Source of the DNA: Shigella phage vB_SsoS-ISF002
DNA length: 50,564 nt
Reading direction: 5' to 3' (one strand)
Sequence record: MF093736
The notes below the pieces were generated by a model. It did not search any database. It had not been told where the DNA came from and saw only the letters and a list, made by a program, of their open reading frames with translations. Numbering within the stretch: position 1 is the first letter of the stretch; the number at the start of each line of letters is the position of its first letter. Both the position numbers and the translations under genes were made by a program. Positions 1 through 8,552 of this stretch are shown here, piece after piece.

Positions 1-207
1 GATGTTATCACTGAGATCGCAAAGAAGAATAAAGGGCGCGCTCCTATTCATAGCATCGTTGCAAAGTGCCGTAACGTTACTCCGTTCAACGGTCAACAGA
101 AAGTATCTGAGCGAATCGATAGTCTTCTTATCACGCTCGAAGAGATGAACTACACTTGCCGGATTGATGATATTGTTTTCATTAATCCTCGACTGATGGG
201 TTAATAA
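1..207 (+). CDS. 3' end of a CDS that starts before position 1; frame 1 is open to a TAA at 205-207
   Basis: Open frame from base 1 (DVITEIAKKNKG...NPRLMG*). It is in-frame with the CDS that runs off the window end, if the sequence is circular. Confidence 0.4.
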
Positions 208-208
208 T

Positions 209-616
209 ATGCTTCTTCTTTTAGATCTGTTCAGGTTCTGCGAAGGTTACGACAAATACACTCGACAGCACATAGCGAAATTTATATACGCCCACAAGGA
301 AAGTGAGCGATTTGCTAAGGCCGCCGGAATGACTCGCCGTGAATTTACAAGCGCGCTATCTAAGGAGTTTTGCGCACGCTGCGTGACTGAGGGTTATCTT
401 GATTGCAAGGGTGGATTTTACTGGTGCAAGGGAAAGATCAAGCGCCCGGTAATGATGAAGCTGATGTGTATTGATGGCTACAACAATCGGTATACGTGGG
501 AAATGATGCACATTGGAGAGATGAGTGATGAAGATTTGTTTGGCGAACGTAGAAACATTGATAGATCGGAACGTCGAATTGTGCGCAAGGCTCCAGCTTA
601 CGAAAGAAGAATTTGA
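209..616 (+). CDS. hypothetical protein (135 aa)
   Basis: ATG-initiated ORF in the rightward arm; no recognisable motif. Confidence 0.4.
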   Translation: MLLLLDLFRFCEGYDKYTRQHIAKFIYAHKESERFAKAAGMTRREFTSALSKEFCARCVTEGYLDCKGGFYWCKGKIKRPVMMKLMCIDGYNNRYTWEMMHIGEMSDEDLFGERRNIDRSERRIVRKAPAYERRI

Positions 617-805
617 ACAAGGGTTGTTGAGTCTGTTACTCACTTCAATGAGGGCCAGTAACGAAAGCGAGCATAATCTTTGCGACAAGGAGGGGGAGTT
701 ACTCCTTCACGTAAAAAGGTACAAATAGCACTTTTTGTTAAAACACCCGATCTCGTATCGGGTATATTTGTTTCATCGAAACGAAGCGACCCGAAGGAAA
801 GCATT

Positions 806-1021
806 ATGTCTAACAAATTTTTAGTAGTTCGCGTTTACAACCACTCTAACGGTACTAGCAGTGAGATTCCTACTCTTTACAGTAAAGCTGATGGATGGAC
901 CGAAGAATCAGCGGTAGCTAATGAGAAGAAGATTGCTGAGATGTACGGTGACACTTGCGAGTTTGAAGTTCGAGAATATGCAAAACTCACTAACGAGAGT
1001 TACATGTGGGCAGATGCATAA
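806..1021 (+). CDS. hypothetical small protein (71 aa, start moved to internal ATG)
   Basis: ATG at 806 preceded by aaggaaag; followed immediately by the hairpin at 1025..1050. Overlaps the convergent spanin ORF. Confidence 0.35.
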   Translation: MSNKFLVVRVYNHSNGTSSEIPTLYSKADGWTEESAVANEKKIAEMYGDTCEFEVREYAKLTNESYMWADA

Positions 1022-1438
1022 AAGAAAAGGAGGCTTAGCCTCCTTTTTTTCGTCCTTACGAATTGAAAAATAAACCAGCAATAGGCCAATGAAAACGAGA
1101 GTCCATCCTGCAATTGCATCGTACCAGTTTTCTGGCTTTGTTACTGTGATGCTTTCAGCGTTAACCGTGTTAGCCTTAATGGTTGACACTTCAATTGACT
1201 TCTTCAAGGAAGAGTCAATCTTTCCTACATTGGACTTCTCAACTTTAACATCTCGCTTATCTTCGGATTTTGCGGTTACTCCTGCTAATTGCTTTGTGTT
1301 CTCCTCTCCGATTTGTGCTGTAACTTCCGGTTTAGATCCGATTAAACCGCTCAGGGCAGATGCCGTAGAGCAACCGGATAGAGAAATAACACCAACAGCC
1401 ACTGTAATCGCAATGCACGTTTTCTTCAGTTTCATCAT
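908..1438 (-). CDS. unimolecular spanin (N-terminal lipoprotein signal plus C-terminal transmembrane helix); true 3' end uncertain
   Basis: N-terminus [24 protein letters not shown] has a lipobox (LSGC); a hydrophobic helix [15 protein letters not shown] sits near residue 110-125. Position is downstream of the endolysin. The ORF continues through the 1025..1050 hairpin. Confidence 0.5.
   Translation of the reverse strand: MMKLKKTCIAITVAVGVISLSGCSTASALSGLIGSKPEVTAQIGEENTKQLAGVTAKSEDKRDVKVEKSNVGKIDSSLKKSIEVSTIKANTVNAESITVTKPENWYDAIAGWTLVFIGLLLVYFSIRKDEKKEAKPPFLLCICPHVTLVSEFCIFSNFKLASVTVHLSNLLLISYR
1025..1050. terminator. bidirectional rho-independent terminator at the convergence of the two arms
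   Basis: Perfect 10-bp stem aaaaggaggc / gcctcctttt with a 3-nt loop, flanked by an A-run and a T-run. Confidence 0.6.
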
Positions 1439-1923
1439 AATTCCTTAACGCAATACGCGTATTCTTCAGCGCGTCGGTTCTTGAGTCCTCTAGACACTTC
1501 TCGCTTTTTTGTTTTTGGGTTGTAGTAGTATACCCATCGCCATAACTGATTGCACGCTTCCTTGTGCTTACTCTGATTTATTAGCTTAAGCATTGTAGAA
1601 GATCCGAACGCGCCAGTTCCAACGTTGAAAGTGAAGCTGTACAGTGACGCGCGCATCGTTACCGGAATATCAACATTCACCTTTTTGTCAACGTATCGCT
1701 GAGCGACGCCGATATGTTTTATCAGCAATGCATCGCATTCTCGCTTAGTGTATTTCTTACCAGGTATGACGTCCGGCCCGGTTATTCCGCTGCATACGGT
1801 AGGGACTCCGGCTATATCGTAATACACCTCGTATTCTATACCTTCGATTCGTTCCAGTAGGGTAGGTGTCAACGTCAAAGCGGCCCCGATCGATGCGCCT
1901 ATAACGTTATTTTTTAAGCTCAT
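1435..1923 (-). CDS. endolysin, T4-lysozyme-like muramidase with a possible N-terminal signal-anchor (SAR) segment
   Basis: Catalytic triad spacing E-8aa-D-5aa-T in [19 protein letters not shown]; weakly hydrophobic Gly/Ala-rich N-terminus [17 protein letters not shown]; 162 aa. Confidence 0.8.
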   Translation of the reverse strand: MSLKNNVIGASIGAALTLTPTLLERIEGIEYEVYYDIAGVPTVCSGITGPDVIPGKKYTKRECDALLIKHIGVAQRYVDKKVNVDIPVTMRASLYSFTFNVGTGAFGSSTMLKLINQSKHKEACNQLWRWVYYYNPKTKKREVSRGLKNRRAEEYAYCVKEL

Positions 1924-2138
1924 TATCTCCCCCTGATCTTAAGCGCCTTATTTAGATCGCCATCGTTTAACGCTTCCTGAATTGCCTTACTATCACGATA
2001 CTTCCAGTATGCACCCCAGGCACCAAAAAGCAGAAAGCAAATGAATGTAGCGCCAGCAATATAAAGTTGCCCTGTCGCCGCCCCTACCAACGAAGCACCG
2101 CCCGTGCTTGACGTAGCTGCTGTTAAAAATTCTTTCAT
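1923..2138 (-). CDS. holin (71 aa from internal ATG; longer 92-aa form possible to 2201)
   Basis: Small protein with a hydrophobic core ([21 protein letters not shown]) and charged C-terminus, directly upstream of the endolysin. ATG at 2138 is preceded by ggtgag. Confidence 0.55.
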   Translation of the reverse strand: MKEFLTAATSSTGGASLVGAATGQLYIAGATFICFLLFGAWGAYWKYRDSKAIQEALNDGDLNKALKIRGR

Positions 2139-2256
2139 AATCTCACCATATATTTTTTGAACAAGTGAGTCGATTTTAACCTTCAAATTTACTTGATACA
2201 ACGCAAAAAGGCCAGCATGTAAATCATGCCAGCCTGTAAGGTGATGAATGATATTG

Positions 2257-2433
2257 TTAATCTAGCTCAATAAATTCCAGGTAATGACCGTTCAGAGGGG
2301 CTTGGATTGTTGAACCTCTACCATCGTAAATCTCAAACAATCCACCTCCGAAATCATAACCAACACTATAGATCTGATTTACGCGGAATGGAAGCGTTTT
2401 GGAATCATTTCGGATGCACTTAACTCGTTTCAT
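2257..2433 (-). CDS. hypothetical small protein (58 aa; not in the supplied ORF track)
   Basis: Hand translation MKRVKCIRNDSKTLPFRVNQIYSVGYDFGGGLFEIYDGRGSTIQAPLNGHYLEFIELD*; RBS agaggg before the ATG; a box-like element and inverted repeat lie upstream. Confidence 0.3.
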   Translation of the reverse strand: MKRVKCIRNDSKTLPFRVNQIYSVGYDFGGGLFEIYDGRGSTIQAPLNGHYLEFIELD

Positions 2434-2496
2434 GAAATACCCTCTTTGTTTTCTATGTGGTCAATATACCCGAATCCCTTCGGGCGTTTTTATCAA

Positions 2497-3648
2497 TTAG
2501 TGCGATCCTGTCATTTCTGGACGATAGATGAAGCGACCGATTTCCCCAAACTGCTTATCGTAAACAATTACAGCCGCCTGGCGATATGAGCGCCACCCTC
2601 CGCGTGCTGCGTATGCGTCTTTCGCGCCTAACTGACCGTGTACTTCATCAATACCAAGCGAGTGCTCAGTGATTGTCTGGTGATGCCAGTGACCACTATG
2701 AGTATACACATACTTGCTCTCACCGAAGTCTGATCGGAAATCTGCCGCCATTGCTGCAAGTCGCGTGTCTGCCTTTTTCATAGTGTGCCCGTGAGTGTAT
2801 CCCAACAAGGTATTTCCCCAACGAGTCTTATGCAGAATCATAGGACTAACGTCAACGAATACTCGCGGCTCGTCTTCATAATATGCCGACATTGCAGCTC
2901 GCAGCCAAATCATCCCAGACTGATCGTGGTTCCCTTCGATAACCTGGACCTCTACTTCTTTGTGTTTCATAAGCATTTTGTCGATGGCTCGGCGTACCGA
3001 ACGAATCGCAACATGCACTAATTTTGCGTATCGTGAATCCTGATCAAGAACGTGACCACTTGCCGGGGTAACTGCATCAAGGCCGTCAGAGTGAAGGAAG
3101 TCGCCGCCGATTAACAGAACGGCCTTCTCTGCGTTCGGTGCGATATCGATCGCGTAATTAAAGAAGTCGCTAAGCACTTTTTCCGCTACGTCGGTGGAAT
3201 AGTTCTCACCGCATTCATGCTTATGAGCAAGCGCGCCAATATGGAGATCGAATACCGGATAGAGTGCCAGCTTACCCATCGCTGTCGTAAGCCCTTGCGA
3301 GGTTAGTAGCTCGGTTGGCTTTGCTCGTGGCAGGTCTTCACAGAATGCAATACGCGCAGCTTCCATCATTGCCGCAATCTTCTCACGGTCCTGATCGGTC
3401 TTAACCCATCGCACTACCTCGGTACCATCGCCGCGAATCATCGTTGATGTGCCTTTTACCATGAATCCTTCCGGTACGTTCTTAGCAACATGCTCGTTAC
3501 CGTGGAAGTGACCTTCTTTTGCAAGTTTGGCGTGACGCGCTTCAACTGTGCGGATGTGCATACCGTACTTTTCCGCGATCTCGCGAAGTGTTAGGCCATT
3601 CATGCGCTCTTCGACAAGTTGTTCGGTAGTGATTTTAGCTTGTGACAT
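2497..3648 (-). CDS. calcineurin-like metallophosphoesterase with an N-terminal helix-turn-helix segment
   Basis: Phosphoesterase motifs GDFLHSD, EGNHD, GHTH and GHWHH; N-terminal LTLREIAEKYGMHIRTVEARHAKL resembles an HTH. Confidence 0.7.
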   Translation of the reverse strand: MSQAKITTEQLVEERMNGLTLREIAEKYGMHIRTVEARHAKLAKEGHFHGNEHVAKNVPEGFMVKGTSTMIRGDGTEVVRWVKTDQDREKIAAMMEAARIAFCEDLPRAKPTELLTSQGLTTAMGKLALYPVFDLHIGALAHKHECGENYSTDVAEKVLSDFFNYAIDIAPNAEKAVLLIGGDFLHSDGLDAVTPASGHVLDQDSRYAKLVHVAIRSVRRAIDKMLMKHKEVEVQVIEGNHDQSGMIWLRAAMSAYYEDEPRVFVDVSPMILHKTRWGNTLLGYTHGHTMKKADTRLAAMAADFRSDFGESKYVYTHSGHWHHQTITEHSLGIDEVHGQLGAKDAYAARGGWRSYRQAAVIVYDKQFGEIGRFIYRPEMTGSH

Positions 3649-3726
3649 ATTTTAATCCTTACATGATAATGAAATACATTACTAAAAATGAAATTAGCGG
3701 TGTCAATACTACAGCAAAATAAAGAT

Positions 3727-4128
3727 TCATGCCACAGCCTTTAACCAGAATCCTAGATCTGACGATTTAAACTCAACCAGCTTTCCGTCAACCTCAAGCA
3801 TCATACTGTTTCTACCAGGTGAGTAATAACCTATATGCAACTCCTGATCGATCCCTATGGTACACAGCACGTTTGCGAAGTCAGGAGGCAACCAATCAGA
3901 GAAAGGTATTTTCTTAACCTGCTTCTTTCCGATCCATATGGTCTGGTAATCGTCTTCGTTAATGTTTAAGCCTGGAAGGCTTGTTGTTCTTTGCTGCTTT
4001 TCGTTCTCTCTCAATTCTCTTTCCCTCTTCACGATAAAACTCAAGTGACGGAGTTGCTGGCACTCTATGCATTTTTCTCGGCATATCTTCCATAAATGAA
4101 ATCTTGCCGTTTGAAATAATGCTAACAT
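3727..4128 (-). CDS. hypothetical protein; 5' end uncertain
   Basis: ORF overlaps the 3' end of the 3959..4231 ORF in another frame; ATG at 4128 has a poor RBS; an internal TTG with an agggaaagaga RBS is an alternative start. Confidence 0.3.
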   Translation of the reverse strand: MLALFQTARFHLWKICREKCIECQQLRHLSFIVKRERELRENEKQQRTTSLPGLNINEDDYQTIWIGKKQVKKIPFSDWLPPDFANVLCTIGIDQELHIGYYSPGRNSMMLEVDGKLVEFKSSDLGFWLKAVA

Positions 4129-4231
4129 CCTTTATATCGAAGTATTTAGCAATTAATGCTATATCGCCTGAGATCCCGCATTCCTTTGCGTGCTCCCACA
4201 CTTCGCGCTTACCTTGCTTTTTTATCAGCAT
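3959..4231 (-). CDS. hypothetical protein (90 aa)
   Basis: ATG at 4231 preceded by ggagaaaa. Confidence 0.4.
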   Translation of the reverse strand: MLIKKQGKREVWEHAKECGISGDIALIAKYFDIKDVSIISNGKISFMEDMPRKMHRVPATPSLEFYREEGKRIERERKAAKNNKPSRLKH

Positions 4232-4433
4232 TAGTTATTTTCTCCACGTCAGAGATAAAGCCTTCGACTTCTTCAACCGAGCAACGGTAATAAGACATTT
4301 TAAGGAAGTTCATAGCAATATCCCAATCGAAGTTGCCGCCTTGCTTGTTCGTAATATGAACGGCCATTTTTGCAGACTGCTGGGCGATATTGAAAAAGTT
4401 TGCGTTAATGCGTGCCATCTTCTGATTCCTCAT
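4209..4433 (-). CDS. hypothetical protein (74 aa)
   Basis: ORF about 43 nt downstream of a box unit with a TATAGT -10-like hexamer. Confidence 0.4.
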   Translation of the reverse strand: MRNQKMARINANFFNIAQQSAKMAVHITNKQGGNFDWDIAMNFLKMSYYRCSVEEVEGFISDVEKITNADKKAR

Positions 4434-4475
4434 TTCGTTTCCATGAAATAACTATACCCGACTTTCGCCGGGTAG

Positions 4476-4494
4476 TTTTAGCAATTAGTGCTGT
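4476..4494 (-). promoter_or_regulatory. conserved intergenic box (variant)
   Basis: Plus strand reads ttttagcaattagtgctgt; it contains the stop codon of the gene above it. Confidence 0.45.
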
Positions 4495-4736
4495 GTGATT
4501 ATCTCAGAAGAAAGTTCTTCTACGTCTTTTTGGATGATTAATGGCCAATTCTCAATGTATTCATTCCTTATCTCTTCGAAAGACATATCAAGAGAACTAG
4601 TGAACTCCCACAGATCGCAACCAATAACATCCTTAGTCAATCCATTTCGCTCCATAATCTCGCAGCACGTAGCTCGATAAAGTAGCCATAAACCTTGCTC
4701 AGTTAATTTAACAGGAACCATTTTTTCGCTCATCAT
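4485..4736 (-). CDS. hypothetical protein (start at internal ATG overlapping the Dam stop, ATGA)
   Basis: RBS ggtgaggaaag before ATGATG; the start overlaps the upstream stop, suggesting translational coupling. Confidence 0.45.
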   Translation of the reverse strand: MMSEKMVPVKLTEQGLWLLYRATCCEIMERNGLTKDVIGCDLWEFTSSLDMSFEEIRNEYIENWPLIIQKDVEELSSEIITQH

Positions 4737-5446
4737 ACTTTCCTCACCTTTGCTCGTTTGTTTTTCACCGAAGGGCAAATGCTTGTGATTGGGATGTAGT
4801 GAGTCTGTTGCACCTCACCTTCTTTAAGTTCGCGCATAATAAAAATTACCGAACCTTTGTTATTACCGTCTACGGCCTTTCCAGTTTCACCGGATATGAA
4901 AGCCAGACGACCGGATCGTGCGTATTCATTGCCGTCAATATCCTCAGTCAAATCAGCTTCAATCCAGATGATTTCAGCCGCGTGCTGTCGAGCCTCAGTA
5001 AACCACGCAGTCGAGTTATCGGCAGGTAAAAGAATATCGATCTGGTTGTTGTGCTCCATTTGCTCAATCGCTTTCTTGACGAATATATCAGGTCGACTGT
5101 AAGGAGGGTTTAACCATACGTGCTTATTTTTACCCCACCAACGTTTTAAGCAGTTTGTTTCCTGGGAATAAAACTTCTCGCAAACTTTATTTTCTTCGCT
5201 TGCCGCAGCGTCGAGATCATATTTTCCGTAGCGACCCTCAAGGTATGCGATAACCTCGCGTGGGGTTGACCATAAATCACGAACTGCGTCAGGTGTATTG
5301 GTTCCCTTGTATCGACGTCCTGAAATCTCTTTGCAGGTTGGCGTTTTCAATGCTTGATAATAACCGCCTGATGCTATTGCTTCACGAGTGAATGAGCACC
5401 CAGTTTCTGCAAAGTCGATTGTTTCGATATCGTTAAAGTCTTTCAT
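4733..5446 (-). CDS. dam: DNA N6-adenine methyltransferase (phage Dam family)
   Basis: Motifs RDLWSTP and WLNPPYS. Confidence 0.8.
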   Translation of the reverse strand: MKDFNDIETIDFAETGCSFTREAIASGGYYQALKTPTCKEISGRRYKGTNTPDAVRDLWSTPREVIAYLEGRYGKYDLDAAASEENKVCEKFYSQETNCLKRWWGKNKHVWLNPPYSRPDIFVKKAIEQMEHNNQIDILLPADNSTAWFTEARQHAAEIIWIEADLTEDIDGNEYARSGRLAFISGETGKAVDGNNKGSVIFIMRELKEGEVQQTHYIPITSICPSVKNKRAKVRKV

Positions 5447-5498
5447 TTTTAATCCTCTCGTTTCGGTGAGATAATAATGCCAGATTCCATTCCGGCGG

Positions 5499-5517
5499 TT
5501 TTAACAAAAAGTGCTAT
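5499..5517 (-). promoter_or_regulatory. conserved intergenic box
   Basis: Plus strand ttttaacaaaaagtgctat; contains the VRR-NUC stop (TAG); about 55 nt upstream of the Dam start. Confidence 0.5.
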
Positions 5518-5930
5518 TTCGTTAAATCGTATATTGCCAGCTTGAATTGCTCAAATCCGTATGCAACGGCAGAGAATCCACCGCGATCCCGAACCTTTTT
5601 GAGAAACTCCCTTTGCTTATCGCTGACTGGTGACGCCTTTCCCTTGCCGGACTTATTAACCCGTTTGAGTTCGATAGCTGCGAACGGGTAACGTGAGTTT
5701 ACACCAATCAGGATAACGAAATCTGACACACCTTTAAGTAATCCAGCCTGCTCATCCCTGAGTGCTGAAGTGATTGTTTTTTCACCTTCATTTACAGTGT
5801 GCCAAAATAGAAGGTGTGGGAAGTTGTATTTCAGCCAGGAAACGCAATCTACCTGATGAGCGTCCTCCTTTCTCGTGTCGCTAGGATCTCTCTCGTAAAA
5901 TTCTAAATAATCACCTTTGTCTGTAATCAT
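5514..5930 (-). CDS. VRR-NUC domain nuclease
   Basis: PD-(D/E)XK-like arrangement (SDFVILIG ... AIELKR); directly downstream of and overlapping the helicase gene. Confidence 0.65.
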   Translation of the reverse strand: MITDKGDYLEFYERDPSDTRKEDAHQVDCVSWLKYNFPHLLFWHTVNEGEKTITSALRDEQAGLLKGVSDFVILIGVNSRYPFAAIELKRVNKSGKGKASPVSDKQREFLKKVRDRGGFSAVAYGFEQFKLAIYDLTK

Positions 5931-7945
5931 TCCGGGATATCCTCCATACCAAAGTCTTTTCGTGAGATAATATCTTCTTTCTTCTGGTTGCGACGATGAG
6001 TTACGCGCACCGGGTGAGCAATATGATGTGAGTATTGCAAAATCTTGATGGCGTTCTTCATTCCGATAAAGTATCGGCGCATTTTAGGATCCGATACGTG
6101 TGGCAATACACCTTTAGTTTTCCATAGCGTACCGCAAATCTTAGAGTCAGACTCGGGGAAGAATTTTTCATACGCCTTGAACTCATCACCATCATCGTTA
6201 ATAAGAGTGTATTTGTATATTATGCCTTTCTGGTTTTTGGTTAGCGTAACCTCAAAATTCTTTACTTCATACCAGTCATTCTTAGTGTACGCCTTACCGG
6301 ATAACTTCAGGTTAGGATCGACAAGCGAAACATCACAGCAACGACAGACTCGGGCCACAACGTCATTCTCTGCACCACATCCTTTAACAAGGATTTTTCC
6401 GGTGCGCTCGTCAACCTGGTCCTCACAAATCTGAGAAGTCCAGAAATGATCGCAGCGTTCACCATCAATGACATTAACGCATCGTCGAGCATAGAAGCTA
6501 TTTACGCAACCGCATTTCGGACATGTTTTCGGATCTTTGCCGTTTTCAAAACGCTTTTGGAATTGTGCCTGCTCAAGTATCGGATCGAAATAAAGCTGAC
6601 CCAATTCATCCATCGTACCTGCGAAATCCCATACCAGATGGTCCTGCTTAACCATTCCCTCAGCAACCTGCCAGGGTTTAAGCAGACGCATACCCCTACC
6701 CAAAAGTTGAATCAACAGTGTGAGCGACCCTATCTTGCGGAGTATGACACTGAAATCCCAATTTGGAACGTTAACGCCAGTAGTGAGTGCCATTACCTGA
6801 AAGGTGTATTTAATTTTCCCAGCCCTCACATCGTCCAAGATTTTCTTGCGCGTTTTGGTGTCTGTGTCGCCAGTAATGATTGCATAGGTGCTTCCTGGTG
6901 GAAGCGCTGCCGCCGCCTCCTTGCAGTGACGCACCCCGGCGCATGTAATCAGTACCGCGTTACGCTCTTCAGCCTTTTTGGCAACCATTTGCATGATTCG
7001 CTGCGTAAGAGATTTATCATGAAGGATCTCATCTTCCATTGCCTTCATATCTTTCTCTGTAAAGTCCTGCACTCCGTCCTCGCTCGACGCCTTGAACTTA
7101 TCCAGATCGTAGTGTACGCCGTCAGTTGAACCGAATATCGTCGGAACGACAGAGCCGAACTCAATCAGATAGTTTGTGTCGATATCAGTTACTCGCTCAC
7201 GCCAGAATCCCAATGCTTTCGGATTCTCTACCAGAATAGGAACTACGCCACGAAATTCAGATCCAGTCATACCAAATATTCTGAGATCGTGACCGTGAAC
7301 CTTTTTACAGCGCCGCATCATTTCCATGATTACGATCGTGTACTGACTGCGCTTAGTTCCAAGCAAAGGCTTTCCATCATTACCAATCAGGGGAATATCT
7401 CCATCCATGATGATTTTTCCCTTCTCGCCCCTCATTTGTTCCATTGTTTCCTTGCCCTCAATGGCTTGCGCAAGGTCTTCCCAATCCACCTGGTGACATT
7501 CGTCGATCCCAATTACATGCGGGACGAAATCAGCAAGCTCATTGTCGAGGCCATTTGCAACAGTACCCTCTGAGCCTACCACGATAGGAAAATAGCAGGA
7601 CTTAATACCTAATGAGGCTGAGAATATGGAGTTAGTTACCCCAAAGTTGTCAATCTCCTCGCTATCCTGATCGACAATCTCACCCTGGCGAGCCAGAACG
7701 AGCATTTTTAAGCCCATTTTCTGACACTGCTTTGCAACCATAGCAAAAATGATGGTCTTACCCGCAGATACTGACGCTTTAACAAAGAATGGATGCTCGT
7801 AATTTGATAGGCGTTTCGCGATCTCAGCATAAGCAACAACCTGATACGGATAAGGAACAACCTCACCGACAGTGAATCGCTCCTGAGTTCGCTTTATATA
7901 GTCCTCGCCAAGTAATGCAATCTGCTTTTTAATGTTCATTGTCAC
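5927..7945 (-). CDS. superfamily 2 DEAD/DEAH-box helicase with a C-terminal Cys-rich zinc-ribbon region
   Basis: Walker A-like SAGKT, DEAH-like GIDECHQ, and C-terminal CPKCGCVNSFYARRCVN...C cysteine cluster. Confidence 0.8.
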   Translation of the reverse strand: MTMNIKKQIALLGEDYIKRTQERFTVGEVVPYPYQVVAYAEIAKRLSNYEHPFFVKASVSAGKTIIFAMVAKQCQKMGLKMLVLARQGEIVDQDSEEIDNFGVTNSIFSASLGIKSCYFPIVVGSEGTVANGLDNELADFVPHVIGIDECHQVDWEDLAQAIEGKETMEQMRGEKGKIIMDGDIPLIGNDGKPLLGTKRSQYTIVIMEMMRRCKKVHGHDLRIFGMTGSEFRGVVPILVENPKALGFWRERVTDIDTNYLIEFGSVVPTIFGSTDGVHYDLDKFKASSEDGVQDFTEKDMKAMEDEILHDKSLTQRIMQMVAKKAEERNAVLITCAGVRHCKEAAAALPPGSTYAIITGDTDTKTRKKILDDVRAGKIKYTFQVMALTTGVNVPNWDFSVILRKIGSLTLLIQLLGRGMRLLKPWQVAEGMVKQDHLVWDFAGTMDELGQLYFDPILEQAQFQKRFENGKDPKTCPKCGCVNSFYARRCVNVIDGERCDHFWTSQICEDQVDERTGKILVKGCGAENDVVARVCRCCDVSLVDPNLKLSGKAYTKNDWYEVKNFEVTLTKNQKGIIYKYTLINDDGDEFKAYEKFFPESDSKICGTLWKTKGVLPHVSDPKMRRYFIGMKNAIKILQYSHHIAHPVRVTHRRNQKKEDIISRKDFGMEDIPE

Positions 7946-7958
7946 GTCTATTAATCCT

Positions 7959-7987
7959 TTGAATCGTTGTAACGTTTACGCTATAAT
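7959..7987 (+). promoter_or_regulatory. sigma70-like promoter for the plus-strand HTH and primase genes
   Basis: TTGAAT, 17-nt spacer, TATAAT. Confidence 0.5.
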
Positions 7988-8005
7988 ACACGGCATACAG
8001 TAAAC

Positions 8006-8026
8006 GTTTTTAGCAAAAAGTGCTAT
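8006..8026 (-). promoter_or_regulatory. conserved intergenic box upstream of the helicase
   Basis: Plus strand tttttagcaaaaagtgctat, about 60 nt upstream of the helicase ATG. Confidence 0.5.
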
Positions 8027-8038
8027 AGGAGAATTAAG

Positions 8039-8491
8039 ATGAGTATTCAACGTATCGCAGAGTCAACTGGTGAAATCGATAAACGTCACATCAATGGTAA
8101 CAACGGAACACGACGCGGTAAAGATAAAAAGCCTCGACAGCGCTGCGGCTTCTATATTCATAAAGAAGAAACACGCGCCGGATTGCGAGCGCGACTTGAT
8201 GCGCTTATCGAATATTATGGTGGCCCTGCGGCCTGCGCAAAAGCTCTAAAGGTTAGCAATCAGACGGTGCAAGGCTGGAAAGAACGCAACATGATTTCGT
8301 GGCAAGGTGCTGAAGCTGCGCATCGTGCTTACCGACGACAGGGGTGTAAAGGGTTTCGTGCCGCATGGTTGCGATTCGACCTGAAGTTTGACGGTAACGG
8401 CAAGTGCCTTGAGAAGCGATGCAAGAACAAGAAATTTATGCGCGTCGTGAAGAAGGAAGATATCGGGACGACCAATAGCATTTTTAGTTAA
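8039..8491 (+). CDS. helix-turn-helix DNA-binding protein (candidate transcription regulator)
   Basis: Cro/CI-type HTH-like segment AKALKVSNQTVQGWKE; basic N-terminus; RBS taggaga. Confidence 0.5.
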   Translation: MSIQRIAESTGEIDKRHINGNNGTRRGKDKKPRQRCGFYIHKEETRAGLRARLDALIEYYGGPAACAKALKVSNQTVQGWKERNMISWQGAEAAHRAYRRQGCKGFRAAWLRFDLKFDGNGKCLEKRCKNKKFMRVVKKEDIGTTNSIFS

Positions 8492-8494
8492 AAC
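8475..8494 (+). promoter_or_regulatory. conserved intergenic box overlapping the 3' end of the HTH gene
   Basis: atagcatttttagttaaaac; its TAA is the gene stop (...NSIFS*). Confidence 0.45.
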
Positions 8495-8499
8495 AAACG

Positions 8500-8537
8500 A
8501 CGCGTAGCGGGTTAACATCCTTCTACGCGTTTTTTAT
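8500..8537 (+). terminator. hairpin with T-run (candidate attenuator or terminator)
   Basis: 8-bp stem acgcgtag / ctacgcgt with a large loop, followed by ttttttatttt. Confidence 0.4.
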
Positions 8538-8552
8538 TTTGGAGATCTGGAA

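Noticed and set aside
525-728. Plus-strand 67-aa ORF overlapping 209..616, and minus-strand ORFs 356..688 and 438..620
   Set aside because: Overlap a longer same-strand ORF or run antisense; no RBS; not reported as genes.
1089-1448. Plus-strand 119-aa ORF
   Set aside because: Antisense to the spanin gene, which has clear lipoprotein and transmembrane features; no RBS.
6446-7129. Plus-strand 227-aa ORF (and 6045..6434, 7289..7573)
   Set aside because: Lies entirely antisense within the helicase gene, with no RBS and a low-complexity translation; treated as a shadow ORF.
8039-8491. HTH protein as a lysogeny repressor (temperate lifestyle)
   Set aside because: No integrase, excisionase, attachment site or partition genes anywhere in the window; one HTH protein is not enough to call a CI-like repressor, so it is left as a generic regulator.
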